Of a stretch of DNA of 64,000 nt, positions 52,080 to 61,014 are shown in pieces. The DNA comes from an uncultured Nitrospiraceae bacterium (GTDB lineage Bacteria > Nitrospirota > Nitrospiria > Nitrospirales > Nitrospiraceae): positions 1,408,001-1,472,000 of the forward strand of contig CAWJWJ010000002.1 of the NCBI GenBank assembly GCA_963846575.1, read 5' to 3'. The translations under genes and the position numbers were made by a program. The first letter of the stretch is position 1. Every line of letters starts with the position of its first letter. A model generated the notes under the pieces. That model was given only the letters and a program-made list of their open reading frames with translations, made no database searches and was not told where the DNA came from.

Positions 52080-52472
52080 ATGAAGTCTGGCGGAACGGCA
52101 CGGGGCACCTCTCATGGACATCAGCGTGACGGCGCAGGGAGCCTGGTCCAGACTCCGTCACCGTCCGCGACAGAGTCTCAGCAGTCACCGTTGCATTCTT
52201 CGCCGATTATCGACGTGTCCGAGTCTGATGGTGCGTTCAATGTCTACGCTGACTTTTCCGGAGTCAGTGACCGCATGGAGGCCGGTGAACCGACGATTGA
52301 ATTTGCGCGGCAGGGAGTTGTTCTAAAACGGGGACCGGTCGAACGGTACATACCGATCCCTACTGATTGCGAAATCGACCGGGCCAAAGTTTCCACTGCC
52401 GGGGGTATCGTTCGGATTTCCGTGCCCACGGCAGACTTGGGACATCGCTGGCGATCCATCGTCATGTGGTGA
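52080..52472 (+). CDS. divergent Hsp20/alpha-crystallin-like protein
   Basis: IDVSESDGAFNVYADFSGV..ERYIPIP..AKVSTAGGIVRISVP. Confidence 0.7.
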   Translation: MKSGGTARGTSHGHQRDGAGSLVQTPSPSATESQQSPLHSSPIIDVSESDGAFNVYADFSGVSDRMEAGEPTIEFARQGVVLKRGPVERYIPIPTDCEIDRAKVSTAGGIVRISVPTADLGHRWRSIVMW

Positions 52473-52672
52473 TCGTCGGTTGATCCCGTCGGTCGTTCAC
52501 CTCTCTCACCTCATTTGCCCCATTCACATAGACCCCCGTTGAGACCCCCATTGGGCCGCGCCTGCCTGGAAGGGCACTGGTGTGGCGCCTCACGGCAGGG
52601 GCGTTTGAACTGCGGACTAATGCGTCTGAAGCGCTAGGGCGGCTCCCTCACCCAAACGGAGAGAGGGGTGTC

Positions 52673-54769
52673 CTACCGGCTGACTGACGATTCGCGAGTG
52701 TTCCCGGCGACCTGAATGGCACGGTAGAGGTCTTCGATGGCGGCATCTTTTTGCAGAAAGTCGATGGCTCCGGCCTGTTGCATGGCCGTTCGCACGTGTT
52801 CTTCCTTCTGCACCGATAGGCCGATGACCCTCACTGAGGGAAATGTGCTTTTGATACGCCGCGTCGCCTCGATCCCGTCCATTTTCGGCATGTTGACATC
52901 CATCAGGATGATATCCGGCTTGGTCTGCCCCGTTAACCGCATGGCCTCGATTCCATTCGCGGCCTCTCCGACGACATGAATATTTGCATATTCGTTCAGC
53001 GCGCCCCGCAGCCCTTGACGCACCATGGCATGGTCGTCGGCCAGGAGGAGCCGGATCTTGGGCTGAGCCGGGAGAAGGGCGTTCGGCGGGCCGGATTCGC
53101 ATATGGCGGCGTTGTCTGAGAGGGTGGGTGTATTCCGGGAAGGCTGCGAAGATCCCCCGGTGAGTGGTATCTGCGGCTCGACCGGCAGGGGAAGAATGAG
53201 CGTCGCCTGCGTTCCCTGCCCCGGCGTGGAGACGAGTTCGAAGCGTCCGCCGAGCGCGAGCATGCGTTCGCGTATGCTGAACAATCCGAACCCCGGATGA
53301 GACGTGCCGCCAGGTGCGGAGGCGAGGGACACGGAGTCGAACCCGACCCCCTTGTCGCGGACGTGAATACGTAGTTCGTCTTGGCTGCGCTCCAGCAGAA
53401 CGGATGCCCGGTCTATGTGCGCATGTTTGGCCGCATTCATCAATAACTCCCGCACGGACTGGAAGAGCAGCACGAGGCGGTCGGCTGGGAGTCGGAGATC
53501 GTCGGTGCGGGGCAGGTCTGCGGTGATGATCATGCCGTACCGTTTCATTTGCTCCGCGAGCCAGGAGAAGGCGGCGCACAGCCCGAACTCTTGTAAGACG
53601 GGGGGAGCCAGATCGGCGACCAGGGTCCTCGTGTAGGTCAGGGACTGGATGAGCACGTCATCGATTTCTTTGAGAAGAGCATGCGTGGCTGGTGGAAGAT
53701 CGTGACTTTTCAAAGCCTGGGCGAGCTTCAGTTTTCCCAACACCAGCAACTGGGCCAGATGGTCGTGCAACTCCGTCGCCAACCGCTGGCGTTCACGTTG
53801 TTCGGTCAGGTTCAGCTCGGTGGCGAGCGCCCGTAACCGCTCCTGTGACTGCAGCAGTTCGGCGGTTTTCTGCGTGACGGCCCGTTCCAGATCGACGCTC
53901 CACCGCTGTAGGCGATCTGCAGCTTCCTTGCTGTCGGTCATATCGAATCCGGCACCCACGTAGCCCATGAATTCCTCGCGCGCGGAGCTGCTCGGCATGC
54001 CGACCGAGCGGATCCAGCGGTATTCACCGTCATGGCGTCGGAAACGACAGGAGGCCTCGAACCGCGCACGTTGCTTGACGGAGGCGTCGTACAGGGCGAG
54101 GTATTGGCTGTAATCGTCGGGATGGATAAACTGCGCCCAGGCGAGCTGTTCTCCCTGGTGAGGGTGCTGCGAGCCAAGAAACTCCAAATAGGCCTGATTG
54201 AGAAACTCGTACCCGTTCGCCCCGTTCATCCAGATGAATACCGGCGCGCTGTCGGCGAGGGTGCGGAAGCGCTCTTCGCTTTCGCGCAGGCGTCGGTCGG
54301 CCTCTTCGCGCTCCTGCAGCAGGCGGGCCTTTTCCTCGGCCACCGCGAGCATGTCATCCCGCTGCCGGGCCAGTTCCGCGCGTTGTTGGTACAGTTCGAG
54401 AAAGATTCCCGCCTTGCTCTGCAATACATGCGGCTCGATCGGCTTATAGAGAAAATCCACCGCCCCTGCGGTATAGCCCTGGAAGCGCCGAAGATTATCC
54501 TGTGGACCCGCGGTCAAAAAAATGATCGGCACATGCCGGCTGCGTTGAGAGCCTCGCATGAGCTCGGCCAGCTCGAATCCATCCATGATCGGCATCTGGA
54601 CGTCGATGAATGCCAGGGCAATATCGTGATGTAAGAGGAGTTCTAACGCGTCCCGTCCGGAACGGGCCTCCAGCATTTCGACGTCGTCCCGGCGCAGGAG
54701 CTGCCTCAAGGCCAACAAATTGGGCTCGTTGTCGTCGACCAGCAGAATTTTGGCGCAGCTGCCTCGCAT
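52673..54769 (-). CDS. hybrid histidine kinase: REC, PAS, HisKA_3, HATPase, REC
   Basis: N-terminal VDD..DVQMP; ERQRLATELHDHLAQ; C-terminal ADDH..MDVNMP. Confidence 0.93.
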   Translation of the reverse strand: MRGSCAKILLVDDNEPNLLALRQLLRRDDVEMLEARSGRDALELLLHHDIALAFIDVQMPIMDGFELAELMRGSQRSRHVPIIFLTAGPQDNLRRFQGYTAGAVDFLYKPIEPHVLQSKAGIFLELYQQRAELARQRDDMLAVAEEKARLLQEREEADRRLRESEERFRTLADSAPVFIWMNGANGYEFLNQAYLEFLGSQHPHQGEQLAWAQFIHPDDYSQYLALYDASVKQRARFEASCRFRRHDGEYRWIRSVGMPSSSAREEFMGYVGAGFDMTDSKEAADRLQRWSVDLERAVTQKTAELLQSQERLRALATELNLTEQRERQRLATELHDHLAQLLVLGKLKLAQALKSHDLPPATHALLKEIDDVLIQSLTYTRTLVADLAPPVLQEFGLCAAFSWLAEQMKRYGMIITADLPRTDDLRLPADRLVLLFQSVRELLMNAAKHAHIDRASVLLERSQDELRIHVRDKGVGFDSVSLASAPGGTSHPGFGLFSIRERMLALGGRFELVSTPGQGTQATLILPLPVEPQIPLTGGSSQPSRNTPTLSDNAAICESGPPNALLPAQPKIRLLLADDHAMVRQGLRGALNEYANIHVVGEAANGIEAMRLTGQTKPDIILMDVNMPKMDGIEATRRIKSTFPSVRVIGLSVQKEEHVRTAMQQAGAIDFLQKDAAIEDLYRAIQVAGNTRESSVSR

Positions 54770-54778
54770 GTCCTGCTC

Positions 54779-55375
54779 TTAGGCCGTTCGCTGATGTAAG
54801 AGTGTCGATATGGCGTCTAAACTCATGGGCCGCGCCCTCACCGATGCCGCGAGCGCAGCATCGGGCATGACCCTCGCCTCGGCTGATCGGGGAGTCTGAA
54901 CCCACGCCGCGCCTCCGGCGTCGCAGACGGCCCGCACGCCCCGGGCCCCGTCATGGTTGGCTCCCGTGAGAATCACGGCGAGCAATCTGTCGCCGTACGT
55001 GTCCGCGGCGGACTCGAATAACACGTCGATGGAGGGGCGTGAATAATTCACCGGTGCGTCGCTCGAAAGGGAGAGGTATCGGCCGCGCTCCACCAGCACA
55101 TGGTAGTCGGGAGGGGCGAAATACACCGTGCTTCGGAGGATGGGTTCTTTGTCTTCGGCTTCCTTCACCGTGAGGCGGCAGGTCGATCGAAAGAGGTTCG
55201 CGATGCTGCTGCCCTGTTTGCGGGCCGGAATATGGACCGCGATGAGGATCGGTAAGGGATAATCTTCCGGCAATGACGGGAGAATCTGCGACAGCGAGGA
55301 GACGGCGCCGGCCGACCCGCCGATCACGACTGCGTCGATATTGCACAACGCCATCTCCTGGGCGGCGGCCTTCAT
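54779..55375 (-). CDS. cheB: CheB-type methylesterase, catalytic domain only
   Basis: GGSAG, VH, YSRPSIDVLFES, LTGANHDG. Confidence 0.92.
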   Translation of the reverse strand: MKAAAQEMALCNIDAVVIGGSAGAVSSLSQILPSLPEDYPLPILIAVHIPARKQGSSIANLFRSTCRLTVKEAEDKEPILRSTVYFAPPDYHVLVERGRYLSLSSDAPVNYSRPSIDVLFESAADTYGDRLLAVILTGANHDGARGVRAVCDAGGAAWVQTPRSAEARVMPDAALAASVRARPMSLDAISTLLHQRTA

Positions 55376-56211
55376 GCCTCGCCTCGTTTCTGGTAGATCC
55401 GTTCCTCAGGCAGAAATTCAGCAAATGCGTCGCGATGCGCATTGAACCGCAAACTTTCTCTGGCTCCTGTGCCCAGAAATCCTTTGCGCACCAGGGTCTC
55501 CTTGAACAGTCCCACCGCCCGATCCTGCAGCGGCCGATCGAAGTAGATCAGCACATTACGGCAGGACACGAGGTGCATTTCCGCGAAGACGGCATCGCAG
55601 ACCAGGCTGTGATCGGAGAACACCGTGCGCCGGATGAGGGTCTTGTCGAACCGCGCGGCGTGATAGGCGGCGGTGTAGTACTCGGACAGCGAGACGCGGC
55701 CTCCCGAGAGGCGGTGGTTCTTGGTGAATAGCGCGACGCGCGGCAAATCAAACACCCCGGCCTTGGCCTTTTCGAGTGCCTCGACATTGATGTCGGTCGC
55801 ATAGAATATCGTGCGGCTTTCGAGTCCTTCCTCCCGAAACAGGATGGCGAGCGAATACAGTTCCTCCCCTGTGCTGCAGCCGGCCACCCAGACTTTCAAC
55901 GATGGATAGGTCTTCAAATGCGGGATGACCTTCTCGCGTAGCGCCAGAAAATAGCTCGGATCGCGGAACATGTCGCTGACCTGGACCGTGAGAAACCCCA
56001 GCAGCTGCGGAAACACGGTCGGATCGTGGAGCACCTTCTCCTGCAATGCCGAGAGAGTCCGGCAGCCGAGCCGCTCGCTCGCAAGGACGAGCCGGCGTTT
56101 GAGCGAGGCGAGGGAATATCCACGAAAGTCATAGTGGTATCTGGAAAAAATCGCTTCGAGCAATAATTCCAATTCGGTGTCCTCGGTCTTGGTCATCGCG
56201 GGCTGAATCAT
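55372..56211 (-). CDS. cheR: CheR-type protein-glutamate methyltransferase
   Basis: MFRDP, WVAGCSTGEE, ATDIN, CRNVLIYF; ATGA coupling on both sides. Confidence 0.94.
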   Translation of the reverse strand: MIQPAMTKTEDTELELLLEAIFSRYHYDFRGYSLASLKRRLVLASERLGCRTLSALQEKVLHDPTVFPQLLGFLTVQVSDMFRDPSYFLALREKVIPHLKTYPSLKVWVAGCSTGEELYSLAILFREEGLESRTIFYATDINVEALEKAKAGVFDLPRVALFTKNHRLSGGRVSLSEYYTAAYHAARFDKTLIRRTVFSDHSLVCDAVFAEMHLVSCRNVLIYFDRPLQDRAVGLFKETLVRKGFLGTGARESLRFNAHRDAFAEFLPEERIYQKRGEA

Positions 56212-59200
56212 CGGGGCATCCACACGCGCACCAGCGAAAGCAGTTGATCGACGTGGAGGGGCTTGGCCATGTAGTCGTTGGCCCCTGCGGCCAGAGCCTG
56301 TTCCTGGTCGTGTTTCATGGCCTTGGCGGTGAGTGCGATGATGGGGAGCTTCTGCCATTGGGGGCGGTCGCGGATGGCGCGCATCGCGGTCAGGCCGTCC
56401 ATCTCCGGCATCATGATATCCATGAGCACCAGATCGACGGGCCGTTCGTGATCCTGCACCGGTTGCTCCAGCAATGCGAGACATTCGCGGCCATTGCGGG
56501 CGATCTCGACGGTCGCGCCGTGGGGCTCCAGCACGGCACTCAGCGCGAAAATGTTCCGTACGTCATCTTCTACGATCAGAATGCGCCGTCCTTCCAGGGC
56601 GGCATTGCGGCTGCGCGCTTTTTCGAGCATGGCCTGTTGTTCGGGCGGGAGCGTGGAGACGACCTGATGGAGGAACAGGGTGACTTCATCCAGGAGCCGT
56701 TCCGGGGATTTGGCCCCCTTGATGATGATGGAATGAGAATATTTGCGCAGTCGTTGCTCCTCATCGGGAGACAGGTCGCGGCCCGTATACACGATCACCG
56801 GTGGAAACGAGTACTGGTCTTCCCGCTTCAGCGTCTCGAGGAGCGCGAAGCCGGTGGCATCCGGCAGGGTCAGATCCAGAACCATGCAGTCGAATGTTTT
56901 TTCCCCGAGTTCCTTCAGGCAGTCGGCGGCGCGTTCGACCGCAATCGTTTCCACGTCCGGTGAGCCGAGCAACTGTTGCAGGCTGTCCCGCTGTGTGGGG
57001 TCATCCTCCACGATGAGCACCCGCCTGGGTTTCTGGGTGAGGCGGCTTTCAAACTGTTGGAACGCCTGAATGAGTTGCTCGCGCTTGACCGGCTTTAGGA
57101 TGTAGCCCACCGCGCCGAGGGACAGCGCCGTCTGCATGTGGTCGTGGGCCGAGACTACATGCACGGGAATGTGCCGGGTTCTGGCGTCCAGTTTCAAACG
57201 GTCGATCACCGACAGTCCCGAGTGGTCTGGCAAACCGAGATCCAGCAGCACGGCGCTCGGCGAATAGCGGACGGCGAGGGCCAGCGCTTCGGCCGCGGTC
57301 TGTCCGACAATCACCTGGAAGTGGAGTTCGTGGGCCAGGTCGGAGAGAATGCGCACGAAGGTCTCGTCATCCTCGACGATCAGGATGACCCGTCGTTGAC
57401 CCGTCAGCTTGTCCCGGTCGTCGTCCATTCCTGCTGTCGCGGGAACGATGGCGTGCTCGTCCGCCTGGTCCATCCGTCGGGGCAGAGGGACAGGCGTAGC
57501 AGCCTGGCGGGAGGGGACCGTGCCGAGGCGCCTCGGAGGGGGTGCCACCGGGGTATGAATTTCCGGCAGGGTCAGGGTGAAGGTGCTGCCTTGCCCCACG
57601 ACGCTGCTAAGGTGGATCTCGCCTCCCAACAAGCGCATGAATTCGCGTGAGATCGACAGTCCCAATCCCGTTCCACCGTATCTGCGATTGGTCGTCCCGT
57701 CTGCCTGACAAAACGGTTCAAAAATCAGCTCCCGTTGCTCTTCCGGGATCCCGATCCCCGTGTCGCGCACCGCAAACATGACGCGGCCGTCCGCCGCCCG
57801 GGAGATGTCCAGCGATACCTCGCCTTGCTCCGTAAACTTAATGGCATTCGAAAGGAGGTTCTTGAGCACCTGCTCGAGGCGCTGCCAGTCGGTTTCTATG
57901 TATTCCGGCACCTCGGGGGTTCGATGCAAGGTCAGACGGAGCCCCTTGTGTTCCGCCACCGGCTGAAAGAGTGCCTGGAGACTATCGACCAGACGCGACA
58001 CCGGGACATGGCGGAGGGAAAGATCCAGGCGTCCCGCCTCCACCTTGGCGAGATCGAGGACGTCGTCGATGAGCGCGAGCAGGTCGTTGCCTGCGGCCTC
58101 GATGGTGGTGATGGACTTGACCTGCTCGGGCGTGAGGTTGCCATCGGGATTATCTGCCAGCAGCTTCGCCAGAATGAGAGACGAGTTCAGAGGGGTTCGC
58201 ATTTCGTGCGACATATTGGCGAGAAACTCCGACTTGTACCGGCTCGCGCGCTCGAGCTGGCGAGCCTGTGTCTCAAGCGCGCTATTGGCGCCATTGAGCT
58301 CTTCCTTCTGGGTCTCGAGTATCTGGGCCTGTTCCTCAAGCTGCGCATTGATCTGCTCCAATTCGGCCTGCTGTTGCTCGAGATGCGAATGGGACGTCTT
58401 CAGCGCGCTGCTCTGCTCCTCCAATTCCTCGTTGGCCACCCGCAGCTCCTCGCTTTGGACCTGCAGCTCCTCGGCCTGCCGCTGGGTCTCTTCGAGCAGG
58501 TCTTGCAAGCGGGTGCGATACTGAGCCGAACGTACCGCGATGGCGATGGATTCCGAGACCCGGGTCATAAGATCGATGTCGGCCTGTTCAATCCGTTGAA
58601 AGAATCCCAGTTCCAGAACCGCTTTGACGGTTCCGTCTGCAGAGACCGGTGCGATCATGAGATGGCGTGGCGCGCTGTGGCCCAGACCGGAGCCGATCGT
58701 GAAATACTGCTCCGGGACATCGTGCAGGACGCAGAGCCGTTGGTCTTTGACGGTCTGGCCCAATAGGCCCTCGCCCGGCTCAAATCGGGGGGAAAGGTGC
58801 GTCGTGCTGCTCACCGCATGGGTTGTGACGAGGCGATAACCGGTCCCGTCCTCGACATAGATCGCTGCGGCCTGGGCGTCCAGGCAGCGGGCGACACAAG
58901 CCAGCACATTCTGGCCGAGCGTGCACAGGTCCTGTTCACCGATCATGCGTTCGCTAAGCACAGTCTGGGCCGACTGAATCCTCTCCTGCTCACGCATGGC
59001 GATCTTATTGCGGATGAACTGATGTCCAAAGACAGCCAATGCCGCGGCGGTGATCATTCCGATGATACGGTTCACCTGCGCGAAAACCGGATCCGCCCCC
59101 AGCGGACTGAGGAAGTATCCGATGATGGTGAGCAGACTGACCCCTGCCGCCACAGCCATGGGAGCGGACGTTTGCCACGTGAGATACGACAAGACGACCG

Positions 59201-59327
59201 GCACGAGATAGAGTGCCCAGACCGCAATGCCATGGGGCGTATAACAGTCGATGAGAAACACCGCCGCCGTGGACAGGACGATGGAGGTGTAAATCAGGGC
59301 TGTGGAGTCGCGTTGAGAGCCTGTCAT
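56208..59327 (-). CDS. CfcA-like hybrid kinase: TM sensor, GAF, E/Q coiled coil, HisKA, HATPase, 3 REC
   Basis: EELQVQSEELRVANEELEEQ; FLANMSHEMRTP; GGTGLGL; three REC domains. Confidence 0.93.
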   Translation of the reverse strand: MTGSQRDSTALIYTSIVLSTAAVFLIDCYTPHGIAVWALYLVPVVLSYLTWQTSAPMAVAAGVSLLTIIGYFLSPLGADPVFAQVNRIIGMITAAALAVFGHQFIRNKIAMREQERIQSAQTVLSERMIGEQDLCTLGQNVLACVARCLDAQAAAIYVEDGTGYRLVTTHAVSSTTHLSPRFEPGEGLLGQTVKDQRLCVLHDVPEQYFTIGSGLGHSAPRHLMIAPVSADGTVKAVLELGFFQRIEQADIDLMTRVSESIAIAVRSAQYRTRLQDLLEETQRQAEELQVQSEELRVANEELEEQSSALKTSHSHLEQQQAELEQINAQLEEQAQILETQKEELNGANSALETQARQLERASRYKSEFLANMSHEMRTPLNSSLILAKLLADNPDGNLTPEQVKSITTIEAAGNDLLALIDDVLDLAKVEAGRLDLSLRHVPVSRLVDSLQALFQPVAEHKGLRLTLHRTPEVPEYIETDWQRLEQVLKNLLSNAIKFTEQGEVSLDISRAADGRVMFAVRDTGIGIPEEQRELIFEPFCQADGTTNRRYGGTGLGLSISREFMRLLGGEIHLSSVVGQGSTFTLTLPEIHTPVAPPPRRLGTVPSRQAATPVPLPRRMDQADEHAIVPATAGMDDDRDKLTGQRRVILIVEDDETFVRILSDLAHELHFQVIVGQTAAEALALAVRYSPSAVLLDLGLPDHSGLSVIDRLKLDARTRHIPVHVVSAHDHMQTALSLGAVGYILKPVKREQLIQAFQQFESRLTQKPRRVLIVEDDPTQRDSLQQLLGSPDVETIAVERAADCLKELGEKTFDCMVLDLTLPDATGFALLETLKREDQYSFPPVIVYTGRDLSPDEEQRLRKYSHSIIIKGAKSPERLLDEVTLFLHQVVSTLPPEQQAMLEKARSRNAALEGRRILIVEDDVRNIFALSAVLEPHGATVEIARNGRECLALLEQPVQDHERPVDLVLMDIMMPEMDGLTAMRAIRDRPQWQKLPIIALTAKAMKHDQEQALAAGANDYMAKPLHVDQLLSLVRVWMPR

Positions 59328-59781
59328 CGGGCGTTCATGGTGTTTGCCATGCCTGGTTCGGCTGCCGGGGTGGTCGCCCTTCGTTTCCGGATGTCAGGAC
59401 GAAAAACCCTGTCACTCTGTGACAGGGCCTCGGTGAAACGTCGAGGAGTTCCGAGGCCATGGAAGATGGGGCCCGTCATCCATGGCACATTGTCGGGCTG
59501 TCATCGAACGGCTGGTCCTTTTCTCGCGTATCATTCGGTCGCCAGATATCCGGAGCGCGCAACCAGGGCGCGCATATTCTGGTTCCATATGGATTCACCG
59601 GAAAACAGCGGGCGTTGACGCATTCTCCTGGTCAGCGCCGGTCACTCCGTGTCACGAGCGCGTAACAATCCACGATCATCCATCAGCGGGCGCGCAGCCT
59701 CAGTCGCTCCGGTTCGGGGAGAGATGCCGATCCCCAACGGACCGTGTGGTCGACGACGGCTTCCTTGGATGTTTGGAGGCT

Positions 59782-59827
59782 CTTGTACAGTGTTTCACAT
59801 GAGGCGACACACTAGCGAAACCCCTAG
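59782..59827 (-). promoter_or_regulatory. perfect CTAG box upstream of the kinase-cheR-cheB operon
   Basis: CTAGCGAAACCCCTAG 59812-59827; minus TACAAG 59782-59787, gap 24. Confidence 0.7.
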
Positions 59828-59869
59828 TTTGTTCCATTTCTGAACCAGGGTGTACCGGAGGACGGGGAG

Positions 59870-60250
59870 CTATCTGGGAAGGGTCGGGGGCGGTAGTTCA
59901 GGCGCGGCGTTATCCATGACCCGAACGGCACGGCTCTGCTTGTCCAGTTTGAGCGTAATACGCTGGCCGGGGGACAAATTGATGAAGAGCTCTGGCTTCA
60001 CGATTTGAAAGGCCACCTGCTTACCCAGATCGGTGGTCAAGGTCCCTTTTTTTTCCGTCACGTTGACGCTGGCCAACGTACCGGAGACCGTTTCGTACTC
60101 CTCGCTGGAGGTTTCGGCATGCACCGCGGGGAGGCGGTTTATCTGGAGTGCCATGAATGTGCCGAGCAACGTTCCTCCCAATATGGCTCCCATAACGAGC
60201 CCGCGAAGGGCGGATGCGATCCTGTCGGCGGTGGGGTGTTCGAAGATCAT
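59870..60250 (-). CDS. membrane-anchored/exported OB-like protein
   Basis: AAGGAG RBS; TM then VSGTLASVN..LSPGQRITL. Confidence 0.7.
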   Translation of the reverse strand: MIFEHPTADRIASALRGLVMGAILGGTLLGTFMALQINRLPAVHAETSSEEYETVSGTLASVNVTEKKGTLTTDLGKQVAFQIVKPELFINLSPGQRITLKLDKQSRAVRVMDNAAPELPPPTLPR

Positions 60251-60266
60251 GAGATGCTCCTTTTCG

Positions 60267-60554
60267 TTATCGCCCTTCGCCCTGTGAGGGGGGTGGCGAA
60301 CCGGGGCCATCGGGTGAACCGGGCATAAGCGGCGGTTCCGGCGTCGGGGACGGCACCGGCTGGGGATCGGTAGGCTTGGGAGCCGTGGGGCCAGGTCCGG
60401 GCTGGGGCATGGGGGCCGGCGCCTGTCCCAGGGCCGGGATGCCGCCAGTGACAACGATCCCGAAGAAACAGAGGGCAACCGCGGACACCTGAAACCGGAC
60501 GCTCCCGTCTCTGGTCGTCCCAGGCGGCTCAGGGCTTGCCTGCCTGGCGTTCAT
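60267..60554 (-). CDS. proline-rich small protein with a hydrophobic segment
   Basis: ATGA overlap with the Csp stop; PQPGPGPTAPKPTDPQP. Confidence 0.55.
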   Translation of the reverse strand: MNARQASPEPPGTTRDGSVRFQVSAVALCFFGIVVTGGIPALGQAPAPMPQPGPGPTAPKPTDPQPVPSPTPEPPLMPGSPDGPGSPPPSQGEGR

Positions 60555-60976
60555 CGCTGACTCGCGCCCGACGCGGGGGGCACCGCCTCAACGACCATTT
60601 TGTGGCAGATGTCCGCGCATCTCCGGCATTCTTTGGCGCAGTCGCCACAGAGCGGATGGTGCGGCGCATGTTCTTCGCAGACGCCGGCGCACACTTCGCA
60701 GATCTCCGCGCACAAAGCGCAGAGGCGGACTGAGAATGCGGATTGCCGCCCCATCCATTGTGCCGCAAGGAGACAGATGTCCGAGCATTCACGACAGAGC
60801 CGTATGCAACGGGCCATCAAGTCCTGATCGGCCTTTCCCCCCTGATGCGACATGCCGATCATGTCATCGCCGCAGGTATTACAGATACGTGCGCAAGCCA
60901 GACAGGCCTCGATACATTGGTCCACATGTGGTCCCATCGAGGGTTTTGTCGCCTGAGACATCTTGTCCGTCATCAC
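60551..60976 (-). CDS. four-helix Cys-rich copper storage protein (Csp3/DUF326-like)
   Basis: 19 Cys in CxxxC/CxxC periodicity; no signal peptide. Confidence 0.92.
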   Translation of the reverse strand: MMTDKMSQATKPSMGPHVDQCIEACLACARICNTCGDDMIGMSHQGGKADQDLMARCIRLCRECSDICLLAAQWMGRQSAFSVRLCALCAEICEVCAGVCEEHAPHHPLCGDCAKECRRCADICHKMVVEAVPPASGASQR

Positions 60977-61014
60977 TCACCTCCACCTTGTGATTCATGA
61001 CCAATCATGTGGCG

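Noticed and set aside
52634..52649. CTAGGGCGGCTCCCTC box-like sequence
   Set aside because: Lies between convergent 3' ends with no downstream gene and a poor right half
55372..56484. 370-aa version of CheR in the ORF track
   Set aside because: The extension overlaps the kinase; the ATGA-coupled start at 56211 is more plausible
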